From NCBI GenBank assembly GCA_051362555.1, contig CM120645.1, forward strand, positions 4,960,001-5,024,000: a DNA stretch of 64,000 nt. Direction: 5' to 3'. The notes under the pieces are model-generated. The model was not told the DNA's origin. It searched no databases and saw only the letters and a list, made by a program, of their open reading frames with translations. This stretch comes from Lingula anatina. Taxonomy: Eukaryota > Animalia > Brachiopoda. The translations under genes and the position numbers were made by a program. Each line of letters begins with the position of its first letter. The first letter of the stretch is position 1. Positions 1 to 11,120 of this stretch are shown piece after piece.

Positions 1-3000
1 TCTCCAGTTTTGTTTGGAAGACTATCCGATTCCTGAATCTTTAATTCTACAGCATTAATTCTTTCCTCTCCAGCTGCCTTTTTGTGCTTTCTTTCCAGAA
101 TGTTTTCTCCCGTTTCCTGTGGCATATTTGTCACTGGTTTATGATCGCTCATGTGTCCATCATTTGACGTGGTGTTATGGTTTTCATCATATAACCTAAC
201 ATCAAGGTCACCGGAAACACGTGTTTCACCACCGCCATTATTGCACAGGTCATCGTCTGCCGAGCATTTTTTACTGCCCTTCCCACCATTGCACAATATT
301 GTATTGTCCTCCATCTTATCAGTTGACTGGTCACCAACTGAAATATTACTGGGTATTTTGTTGTTTTGACTAGTTTGTTTCTTTGGTATATCTTTAGGTT
401 TTGTATTGCTGTCCACTGCCTCACTATGTCTAACCTTTTGCAATTTTGTTAACGCCGTTTTATCCTGTTTTTCTTTGGCCAAACGCGTGTCCAATAGTTC
501 CTTGCCCATATCACTGGTGTCCATGGCAACTTCTTCATCTGACCAATCGCAGTCGTATTCTTCTGCCCAATCATCTCCGTTGAAGTGCATCCATTTACGG
601 CAGTAGGTCCGAAGTGACAAATTGGAGTTGTTACGACTTCCCTTGTTTTTTGACTTGTCTTTGAAGTAGTCTGCAATGTAATAAGAGGGTATTGTTAAGA
701 GGCATTCTTTCAGTTCTGTTTGACTTCTGTAATTTGTAGAAAAAACATGAAAACATGAAGATACTAATGTTTATAGATTTGTTACTTACCATTTTCTCAG
801 AAATAACGCACTGTTAAAAAATCATAACTTATATCAGGTTTAATTGTTTAAGAACAAATAAGCAGAAAAATATAAAGTTAGGAACAAATGATGCAAGAAT
901 GTGTTTATTTCACATCAGTCATATAATCTCAACGTGTTTGGTTCAATTGGAAGATTTCAAATTTTACATGGAGGGAGGGGATAGTACAGAGACAGAACAA
1001 GCATTGAAACTTCGTTTGTGCGGCATGGGTAAGATGTAAGAAACTAAAAAGTCGACAGGAACATGTGTCCTCTCGTGTCCTGCCTTTTGACCTAGATTCT
1101 ATTTTGCCGAGCAGTCGGAAATAAACATAATTATCAGAAATCACTCAGTCTGTCGGAAATAGAGTTCAGTGCAACTTCTTACCTGTCTTTATACTTTTGC
1201 CTTTAGACATGGTTTTCGCGCAAACAGTTTCTGGGTTATAGACTTCGTATCTCAACTGTAAGGGGTTGACCCCCTCCGTCTCGTTCTTTGTATTTGTGAT
1301 AATACTGAAAAAAGGAAAGAAAACGTACTTCACGTACACGCACTGTACATGTAGCTACAGATGGCAATATATTCCGATGGGCCAACTATAGAATTAGCTG
1401 AGAAATCGCATATTGGTTAACTGTACACGCAAATTTTCTGAATGAATGAATTATAAATGTATAATAACTAGCCAATATTCACAAACCCTTAAGGAACTCA
1501 ATATTGAAAAAAAAAAAACAAAAAACAAAACAAAAAAAAAAAAAAAAAAAAAAAACAAGGAATTAAGAAAAATTAATGGTTACGTATTATATTCATTTAT
1601 GATATATAACCATTATTTTTCAAAACTGTGAGAATACATAGGCAATTAAACATTAACGGCCGATTTCATAAAGGAGGTTTAAAGTTAAACCTGGTCTAAA
1701 GTGAGTTTACACCAGGTTTAGGGATTGCCTGCATTTCATACAGAAGGTTTTAGTATTGGACCAGTGGTCTAGTAAAACCTGGCTTAACATCATTCTAAAC
1801 CTGGTCTAGACAGGTTTGTGTTTCATAATTGAGGTCTAAGTTTTTGATACCCGGATTATGGACTCAGACCAAGTCTAAAAATAAACCTAGTCAGACCCAG
1901 GTTTAACTCTGTAGCTTGGAAAAAAGATGGCTGACGTAGACTTGCGTGATATTCGAGCACTTAACAATTTGGACGCAAGAAGACGCCCCGAGCGTCGCTG
2001 ACGCATTTTTCGAGCAAGGGTTAATTATTTTGATTTCTATGATGAACAAGATTTCAAAATCAGGTTCAGAATTTCTAAAGAAATAGCACGTGAGGTCATA
2101 GCACTGATAGAGGATCGATAAGCACCCTATACATTGAGAAATCGCAGCATTTCACCGGAGCTACTTTATGTGATTTATGTGATGTGACATCATTTTTCTT
2201 TGATTCAATGATGTTGGACTTCTCCTTTATTAGTTCTTAGATGTATCCCTTCTCTTCAGCAGAAAAATTCTCCGCTCTCTTTCGGCTCATTTTCACCTGC
2301 TCTTTATTTCCAAAGTTTTTTCTCATATGAGCTACACAGCTTATCTGCTTCAACGCTAGTGTGTGTCATCTATTCATTTACGCCTACCTGATTGACACAG
2401 TTCAGTGATTTCTTTGTCTATGTAATCCTGTTACATTCAACAGGAGGTCAAGGACAAGTTAAAACTGGTTTAGCTAAACCTGGTTTTCTAGCTTTCCTAC
2501 ACTGTTAGTGAAATGCAATTTAGGTCTTGAGGTAGACCAGGTTTTGCTAGACTAGGTTTTAGCCTTAAACTAGGTTTAGTTAAACCTCCTTTATGAAATC
2601 GGCCGTAAAAATCTACGGATATTTCCGTTTACCTTTTTCCCTGTTTGTGATTGCTTTCTTTTCTTTGTGCATCCCTGATTGATCTTTTTTGCATTGCCTC
2701 CTTTCTCCTTGCATCCTTTCTCATTTCTTTTGTAGATACAGGTTTTCGTTTGCCACGCTTGCCTGCTGTCTTTGCATTTTCCTCGGAAGGACTGTCAAAG
2801 AAACTTTCCCAATTCACGTCATGAGAACTCGTGCATTCTGTTTTGACTCGATTGCCGGTTCTTTTGCGTTCCTCTACGGTCACCTCGTAATTGGAATATA
2901 TTCCTAGTATGTGGATGTTGTCTCTAACACTTTCAATTAGCTTCCAGCTTTTTCTCTTGCTCAAAGACCGCGGAACATTTTCATCTTTGCTCAACTCTAT

Positions 3001-3258
3001 TTCTATATCGTCTCCCAAAACGTCGGGAAGCTCGCTTATCATATCCTGAGCCGTCCTCCAAGTCTCAGCTGATTTGCTCGGGTATCCCACTATGGAACGG
3101 TGAAATGTGTTTGGCGTCCGTTGACATAGCAGATTTTCCGACGTCTCTTGGTCGGGGACGCCCCAGTACTGACTGTGCGCCAAGGCCCGAGCAAAGGGGA
3201 AGTTGACGTTGAAAGAGCACCCCGTGTTGAGGCCCTTCTTGCTGCGCTTTAGCACCAT
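1..3258 (-). CDS. Uncharacterised multi-exon protein gene, 5' part (continues beyond the left window edge)
   Basis: ATG at 3258 in a good context (gcaccATGG). Exon 3258-2633 ends AG|GTAAAC. Exon 1304-1183 (polypyrimidine-CAG acceptor, G|GTAAGA donor) joins in frame (SIITNTKNETEGVNPLQLRYEVYNPETVCAKTMSKGKSIKT). A stop-free frame runs from about 727 to position 1 (SQTELKECLLTIPSYYIADYF...YCRKWMHFNGDDWAEEYDCDWSDEE...). Junctions between 1182 and about 729 are unresolved. No family recognised. Confidence 0.7.
1927..2160 (+). pseudogene. Harbinger transposase N-terminal relic (HARBI1-like)
   Basis: Translates MADVDLRDIRALNNLDARRRPERR*RIFRARVNYFDFYDEQDFKIRFRISKEIAREVIALIEDR*APYTLRNRSISPE. The FxxRFRxSKE...RNxxISPE pattern is typical of Harbinger transposases; two in-frame stops; truncated before the DDE core. 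Confidence 0.85.
2165..2290 (-). pseudogene. Harbinger Myb/SANT-like DNA-binding protein relic
   Basis: Translates MSRKRAENFSAEEKGYI*ELIKEKSNIIESKKNDVTSHK, matching the RxxNFSxEEK...IIExKxxD start of the Myb/SANT-like proteins of Harbinger elements; one stop; truncated. Confidence 0.8.
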
Positions 3259-3512
3259 GGTGCCTAGGCGGCGTTCTCTTTCTCCGCTCCTGAATATTTC
3301 AAGATACAAGTGTGTTATGTAATTGTGTAAGGAGGTCGATAATAACGATATATCAGATACCGAAAAATTATGTGGTAAGTGTGAATGCTGGAGCACAAAT
3401 CTCCATTATAGCAAAGGGAAATCTATTATACCTCCTTGGTTATAGGGATGGTGGAAGTCATGGTGGCATGATTACACGAATGGATGAGTGAAAAAATAGA
3501 TAAGGGTATACA

Positions 3513-3528
3513 CCAGTAGATGGCGCTG
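3513..3528 (+). promoter_or_regulatory. CTCF-type motif CCAGTAGATGGCGCTG
   Basis: Exact match to the CCASYAGRKGGCRS consensus, about 255 bp upstream of the minus-strand gene's ATG. Motif match only. Confidence 0.5.
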
Positions 3529-3720
3529 TAGCTGGAAGAATAGACTTTAAAGTACTAAGATAGTTCGAATTTTTAGATAAAATATGCAAGAAGCAAAATT
3601 TGTCATGACCAAAAAGGTACACAGTTCCTTCTTGGGCCTATGCTATACCAGTACATGAGTCCAAGTTCGCTTTGTATAGTGCATGTACAGTACAGAAGAA
3701 AAGACAAACACCACATATTT

Positions 3721-3894
3721 CAGGCCCGTAGCCAGGAGGGTTCGGGGGGTTAGAAAGAACCGCCCCTTTTGCTGGGCTAATTAGGTCTACTCTGGGTAAA
3801 ATTTGATCTAGTTACATTAAGTTTTTATGGGAAAAGGTCCACTTTTATAGAAAAAGACCCCCCCCCCCTTTTGAAATTGCTGGCTACAGGCCTG
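3721..3894. mobile_element. Short non-autonomous TIR element with 5-bp TSD
   Basis: Ends CAGGCCCGTAGCCAG / CTGGCTACAGGCCTG, flanked by TATTT on both sides; G- and C-runs inside. Confidence 0.8.
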
Positions 3895-4142
3895 TATTTC
3901 ATATAAGTTGGTACATTTTATGTGTCGAGACACTTCTCTCTCTCTCTCTCTCTCTCTCTCCATCAAACCACCTACCAGTACCGACACTCCAGATAATCCA
4001 ACAGACCATCACATTCATTCATGCAATATTAATATTATACAGTGTATATACATGTTTCTATAGGTACATGTAAACCCTCTCTTTGACATCAATTAAAGCA
4101 CTAACTGCACGCACACACATAAACACGCACGAACACACGTGA

Positions 4143-4173
<31 letters not shown>

Positions 4174-5726
4174 ATGGCGTGTCGACACATTAAATTGTAC
4201 CAACAGCATGGATAATGTGACTCGAAAAATATTGAGTGTGTTTGCCTTGGCAGTTAATGTATCCTACCTTCGTCAACACATACCTGTCTTTATCTTGTGT
4301 CCGCCATCATTACAGGTTGTCTCTGGCCGTAACCAAGTCAAAAACAGGCCTAATGTACGCCCCGACAACACATCTCATGACTCCTAACGCGACTACATTG
4401 CATTAGGTTATCTCTCCAGTTTGGCCGGGCGTGCACAGGTCTATGTGCATTGCTCTCTGTGACATCGACTATTGTTGTGGCAACATCAATAATTTGTTTG
4501 CTTAGGCATTGCATGGTAGGCGGACTCACAATGGAGCTCTGTCGAAGAATGTCCCACTGTATAGCTTAATTTCTACAACGCTAGATTTTACTTTCCAATT
4601 AGCCGTTGTGTTTTATGGTGGTATATCTATGCTTGGTCTTTTTTTAAGGACTATCTATAACACACAGAAACTATTTTACTAAATTTATGTCTGTGCCAAT
4701 GTAACGTTAAAGCTAATTGCGATAGCTGGACCATAGCTCCCAGGATAAGTGTTTCGCAACTAACACAATACGCTTGTTGGCTAACAGGTTGTTGCATTTT
4801 ATCAGAAGCTGGTTAATTTTATGCTCGTCTAGATCTCTGCCTGCCAACTAAATCTCTTTATATACAGTAATTAATTTTTTTTCAGCGCGCTTGCAAAACC
4901 ATATTCGTCTCTTAAGTCACGCTTTCTCATTTATATTTGTGTAAAACGTTTTTATTGATTTTCTAAATACTATGTTATTAAATGAATAATTTTTACCCTA
5001 AACTTCATGACCAAAATCTTGGTCTACTTCAATTAAAATTTAATTCATAGGACCAATTTTCGGTGAAGTAGGCCCTGAATGGCGATAGTGAAGAGTATTA
5101 TTCAGATTTTTTAATGATGCGGGGTAAATCTCGGTATTTTGGTGGATGGATCGATCTAAATGCACTGTTACTATGCTGAACATACAGATGAATAGCTATA
5201 GGAGAAGTTATTAGCTACACTGGGTACGCAATTTACGTTAATTTTTTTCATTCTGTTCCATGAACAATAGGAGTACCAATATGCCTTGTAGAATTAATCC
5301 AGCTAAAAACCAAACAAATAAATTCATATAATGTCAACGACTTGAATAGCACACCCATGTAAATTATCACAAAGGAATTCCGATTGATTTCAGTTCGATC
5401 TATCAGTCGTTTTCATGATCCCACCTTTCCCTCTAGCTCGTACGTCACTAACTGTAGAACATAAATAGAATATAATTTCCGATAGCGGGCTGCATTGTCT
5501 AGTTTAGGTAACCCTATTTTCGGCTAAACACACTGACACAAAAGTTAATACCTGAGGACCTACTCCAGAAATTTGGACAACGGCGACGACGACAATGCCA
5601 CCGACGGTCTTTTCACATTATACGCTATTCATGATGCTTTTGAATTAGCTGATATGTGAGTCACTACACGAGGTCGAGGACACCCGGCCGATTTAGTTGA
5701 TTGCAATTCCTCACCCTGTATCTTTA

Positions 5727-5858
5727 TACCCTCTACCAGGGCCACAGATGGATTTTTCACTAGATATTCACAGAAAAGCCTCTGATTAATTCATGACACT
5801 TTTCTATGCTGTGGTAGAAAAAGTGCACATAATAAATCTGCGGCCCCGGTAGAGGGTT
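5727..5858. mobile_element. MITE with 9-bp TSD (Mutator-like)
   Basis: Inverted ends ACCCTCTACCAGGGCCACAGAT / ATCTGCGGCCCCGGTAGAGGGT, flanked by direct repeat GTATCTTTA (5718-5726, 5859-5867). Confidence 0.8.
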
Positions 5859-7539
5859 GTATCTTTACATGTAATACACTCGTTCTCCGCCAAAAGAATT
5901 GATTGGTCGCTAAGCGACTTAGACAACTACCGTAAGGTCAAGAATAAACGGAAGAAAAGAGCCTTCGAAACATCTTAAGTTCTCCCTCAGAAATATGTTA
6001 CAAAAGGAAAGGCTAATATATTTAAAGCTCATTAGTTGACATTGTCGTATGAATTTGATGTTGACTATCAAATATTGTTAAAGCCCCAACTTTGAAGGGG
6101 ATGAGGGTGGGTAAACGGACGCGAGCCCGGTGTAACAGGTATAGGTCCATATACCGTCCAAAGCGAATTACACCCAATAAACAAATTGTGCGCCACCAAA
6201 TCCTAATTCGTTACTGTTATATTAACTCTCAGTGGCTTTCAGGAGACCACAACATATGCGGGTCTGAAACTATGGATCATTTGGGTTATGCCGAACTTGA
6301 ACTAGGGTCTTAATACCGGTTGTCGCATGCCCTCCCTAACGTTCGTTGCTAGTCACCTGTTTATTTAAAACGGATCGGCACAGCATAATCTTCGCATTAA
6401 CATCTTTAGTGGGCAGCAGTGTATACAGACTATAACTTCACATGTTGGTGTTGAGACTGGTGCACTTAGTAAGACGTGAAGGTGCATGTTTCATGACAAA
6501 AGCGCGACTCCTGTGGGGGAGGGGGAGGGGGGATGTCTTCTGGAACGCACGCGTCTTGAAAAACGTGATCTTTGTCATCGATGTCCCGTTTAGTTTATAA
6601 TTAGTTCCGTAATACCAATTGCCGTCACATTTAAAAATACTATAAAAACTATGATTAAACATTGGAATCGTGTAGTTAAGGGCCAAAGTTCCTATATGAG
6701 TGTTCTTAGTAGATTTGGCTGTATCATCAAAGTATTGGCGAAGCAGCGTTGGGTGAAAACATCTTAACAGAAAAGGTGAGTTGTGGTATTTTGGCTGAAG
6801 TAAAACGAGAGACGAACCTTCAGACACAGCGGCAAGTTTATATGCAAGTTCAATAAGCAACCAGGGAAATATATTAAAAGAGTAGTAAAAAAAGGTCAGG
6901 TTTCCATTCGAGCTGCGTGTTTCGGGTATAGGCAGCCTATCTGTGGGTAGCTCATCTTTTTATCAAAATTTTGCAGCGTTCGAAATACTTCAGCTTACTT
7001 TTCTGTTTTTCGTGTATATATGTTCTCATCACAAGCAAACAAACAATGTCTAATGTATGTTATTAAAGATGTCTTTATGTGAGTGAATCTAGATATTTTA
7101 CAATAAATTTACGGTTATAACCTTTTATAGACAATTCCCAAGTATTTATCATGACATCAATGCTCATGGCCATTAGACACGAAAATAAAAGCACCGATCT
7201 AGTTGTTATTTTACATTGCGCCTTATTGACAAAGCTTTTTGTCGTAACAGTATAAACACTTCAGAGATTAAGACCTACGGACCTTAACCCTGTTGTACCT
7301 CATTGTGATTATAAGACATGTTCTTCTATTCGGGGCAATACACCTTTATGGTTTGAAACACAGGGTAAGATATCTTATGGTGCTCTCGGCGTCCACTGAT
7401 ATGCATGTTGCCTTTCATGGAAAGCAAAGGCGGGGCGAAGGGGCCAGTGCTATTTATTGATATAACTCTTCCAATACACCGGGCTTCTTGACACGTTTCG
7501 CGGTTCAAGAGGTCTGAAATGCACAGCACAGCGCAGGGG

Positions 7540-7649
7540 CTGCGTGTGTCAACAATGAACCTCTCTCTGAGCTTTTTGCAGCCGAGTTAAAACGCCGTTG
7601 ACAACCGACGAACGACCACAGTGGCTATGTGACAAGACAGGTGAAACAA
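7540..7649 (+). other. Putative non-coding first exon of the CLCA gene
   Basis: Locally GC/CpG-rich segment ending in a strong donor CAA|GTAAGT (7650). The first CLCA coding exon is preceded by a strong acceptor (ttttttttcag, 11112), which implies an upstream UTR exon. The 5' boundary is a guess. Confidence 0.35.
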
Positions 7650-8504
7650 GTAAGTAGGGACCGGTGACAGGGTTGTCAGCGTGTTCTCAGAGTACTTTAG
7701 TTTAACTTTATCGCTTTTAATGAAATCGAGAATAGAGTAAAACTTTAAGAGAAGAGAGAGAGACACCGACTGGCAAAAATACGTAATACATGACTTACAT
7801 GTAGTGCGAACATGGTTGCTTGAGGGTTGAGTGAAAGATTCCAGTTAGGTTTTGCGACCAAGGGATAGAATCAAGTTAAAAACCGATTAAATAAGCAGTT
7901 AAATTCTAATGACAGTGACAGGTAGTCCGAATCTTTTTGGGTTCACTACATGTAAAGGTATTCCATACCTACATAAAATCAGATGTGTCATATCTAAGCA
8001 TCCACGTTTATTCTGTTTATTGCTGAGTTTACATCCCATTAATTTTCTAAAGATGCTGTTAAATTGTTTTATAAGAGTGATAGACGATGGATTTACTCGT
8101 CTCGTGTGCTTTAACGTTGACAATTGTACAATTCCTTTGTACATGCGGCGCAACCAAGTAATTCTACTGGTCGTACATGTACGTGTACCTATGGCGCAGG
8201 ATATAACTACCTTTTTCTTCTAACGTCTTGCACACTGAGGCTATTATCATCCCCGGTTCTTTTAGGACCTCTGGCTCTCATCTGGTTTTCTTGATGGAGA
8301 TGAATAATCTATACACTATTCTGGTCTGTTGGTACTCCACAAGTGCTGTACACGTATGAACATGCCAGGAACGCCATTCACCGACGTAGTCCATTGTTTA
8401 CCTGTGCAGGTATAAACTTCATTACCTCGCGTTACAAAAATTGAGCTGGTAAAAAGTATATAGCTCGTCTGCACTGTATGCGTATCCATGATACATATAC
8501 ACGG

Positions 8505-8507
<3 letters not shown>

Positions 8508-8566
<59 letters not shown>
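8508..8566. repeat. (AT)n microsatellite
   Basis: About 29 perfect AT units. Confidence 0.95.
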
Positions 8567-8568
<2 letters not shown>

Positions 8569-8699
8569 TGTTGTTCCCGTGTACCGAATGGATTGTAAAC
8601 GGACTAAATCAGTTAAAAAATGTTTTCTAGAGACCTGATGACGGGCAAGTTATGTCACAGTTATTCGGATGAATTATTTAACAAAATAAAATAAAAACA

Positions 8700-8852
8700 C
8701 AGGCCCGTAGCCGGGGGTGGGGGGGGGGGGGGGTTGCTGGGAAAAGGTTCCCCCTGGGGAAAATTTTATTTAGGTACATGAAGGTTTCATAGTAAAAAGA
8801 TCCCCTTTGCGGAAAAAGAACGCCCCTTATGAAGTTGCTGGCTACTAGGTTG
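8700..8852. mobile_element. Degenerate copy of the 3721-3894 element family
   Basis: Begins CAGGCCCGTAGCC, shares GGGAAAAGGT and GAArTTGCTGGCTAC with 3721-3894; right end eroded, no clean TSD. Confidence 0.65.
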
Positions 8853-9239
8853 ATAACAGTTAAAACTATTCGAGTGCGAAGGCCCCGTTAATCGTTATAC
8901 TTGTTTTGATTACAGTAATACTTGGTTTTGCAAGACGTCTCTTATTTCTGATACTCAGAAACTCAGTATTAAAGGTGTGTGTAGGCCCTACCACATATCT
9001 GCTGATAATTAAGTTCGTCTTTGTCCAGCTGGTAAAATCTGCCAGCAATTACAAAATATAACGGCGACTACCTACAGTGCAATCTTCACTGTCATGTGAG
9101 CTTTTCCATAAAGTTATAAGCAGGTTTCCCTCGATTCTGTTTAGATCAAATTATCTGAGAAAGCAAGTTTTACGTTTAATTAGTCACCTAATCGAGGTGA
9201 AAAAATGTCATAGCTACTTGGGTTATTAGGATAAAGAGA

Positions 9240-9242
<3 letters not shown>

Positions 9243-9282
<40 letters not shown>

Positions 9283-9363
9283 GTGGAGGGGGTTCTAGTG
9301 CACACGCACACACTCACACACGCACGCGTGCACCCACACACTCACACGAACGCAGACACACAC
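9243..9363. repeat. (GA)n followed by degenerate (CA)n
   Basis: Directly visible simple repeats. Confidence 0.85.
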
Positions 9364-11120
9364 AAGCATGTGTTTCAAACTGTACAAGTAAGTGTGTCTA
9401 GAATTGATTTCATGCCTCGGTAATTTTAACAAATGACATATCTTATGACGGCGTACAGAAGTGTGGACTCAGTTCTTCAACGTTCAGGTTTCCACAGGTA
9501 AAACTTCGCATGCTGTCTTTGTAAGCGGCGGAGGTTTGCCTGCCCGTGATATGCTTTCAAGATAGCACAATGAGATTGATATTCAACTCGTTAACAAATA
9601 TCTTGATACTCTTTGAAAGACCATACAGGCTCATTTCTTTATCTCGTATGCTAGTATATTGTAACCTGACTGGGTCAAAAACGAACTACCTTGTTGGAAA
9701 TGATCTCACATTGCACTGCATACATTGTGAAATGAACGACAGCGTTTTTTTTTTCAACAAAAAGTGTATAATTCACTGCGCAGTTCGTGTTCATAAATCA
9801 AATTGTCAGGAAGATTTTCTGTCGTCTGAGCAGGGAATTATATCGTAGACGTCTAATTCCTTGGTCTGGGGGAGCGAGGAAATTATTTCGTTACAACAAT
9901 GAAAATAAGCCAAATTAGTTTACAGATATCTTTTTTATGTTTGAGTAATGGGCGGGGTGGGTTTCACCTATCCCCCTTCCTTTATTTCTGCTGAAAGCGG
10001 TGTCTTCGCTCATATACCAATTAACCGTCCTGTTTTATGAAACTTGGCAAGATCTGACCCAAGCCTACAGGTCGTCCATTGCAGGGCGCTCACCTGTGCA
10101 AAACACACTCGTCAAAATCCATTATTTTTTTCCCGTCATCATTCTATTATGTCAGTCAGCATATGTTTGAGCATTGACAAATCTAGTATTATATAACCTT
10201 TGCACTGCCTGACGCAGCCTCCCATTTTTTCTATTCATAACTAGCGTGAACACAGCTGTATCGTCCCTGACTAGATAAATCACCTTAAAAATCCGCTCAT
10301 ATAGCGCGACGCAAATGTGAAAAAAGTAATTTCATCAAATTCTATTAACGATATTTCACTATTTTTGTGATAAAAAGATGGATTATTTCTACCCCATGTC
10401 AAAGGCGGAACTATTTCGGACAACAAAGACGCATCGAGATAATCTATAAAGGGATCTTTTTTCTATTTCTTCCTTAACAAACATCTTCTTTAATGATACA
10501 AAGAATGCTAACCATTCGCAGGGAATCCAATCCTACAGGACATAGGATGCAAATATTTTCTGACAGTAAAATGACACTACTGTGACCTGCAGTAAAAAGT
10601 TCTTTTCGGGGTTTTTGTTAACACCAATTTCTACAAACTGCCATTATATATGTCATCGGTATATATCTATTTATAACATTATTGTATACGTATTCATCAC
10701 AAACCCGAAGGGATAATATAGATCCAAACACCAATAACATTATCTCGTCAGCAATGATACTGCGTTTGCGCGTATGATGAGCAGCAGGGTTATTTGAACG
10801 TGCGTGTCTATTTAAATCGCACCTTATCAACAACACAAAATACTGAGTTTATCGTTTTGATAAATAATGTGGCTCATACCAATAACAGCTGGTAGATATA
10901 TCTTAAATGAAGCATAGAATCGATGTCCAATGGGTTTAAGAATCACGCCGTCTTATGCTTGACATCCGGGATTAAGTGCCCACGCCCAGTCAAGTTGGAA
11001 CGCAACTAAAAAGGAGGAGAGCGCTTTTTAAAGCACCCACATCCAGAATTGAGTCGTAACTCGCATTGAATAAGTGACTCTTAAAACTACAACTCACTTC
11101 CTTTTTTTTCAGAATAGAAC

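Larger units (their letters stand above)
1657..2605. mobile_element. Internally deleted PIF/Harbinger DNA transposon
   Basis: Terminal inverted repeats CGGCCGATTTCATAAAGGAGGTTTAA / TTAAACCTCCTTTATGAAATCGGCCG, 3-bp TAA target duplication (1654-1656, 2606-2608), many subterminal AAACCTGGT-like repeats, and relics of both Harbinger genes inside. Confidence 0.92.

Noticed and set aside
3259-3396. N-terminal extension of the 255-aa ORF
   Set aside because: It starts at a non-ATG codon; the ATG at 3258 has a good Kozak context.
6438-6860. 140-aa ORF and other short ORFs in 4000-11000 and 25198-25662
   Set aside because: No convincing splice context, coding-like composition or motifs; probably chance ORFs in intergenic DNA.
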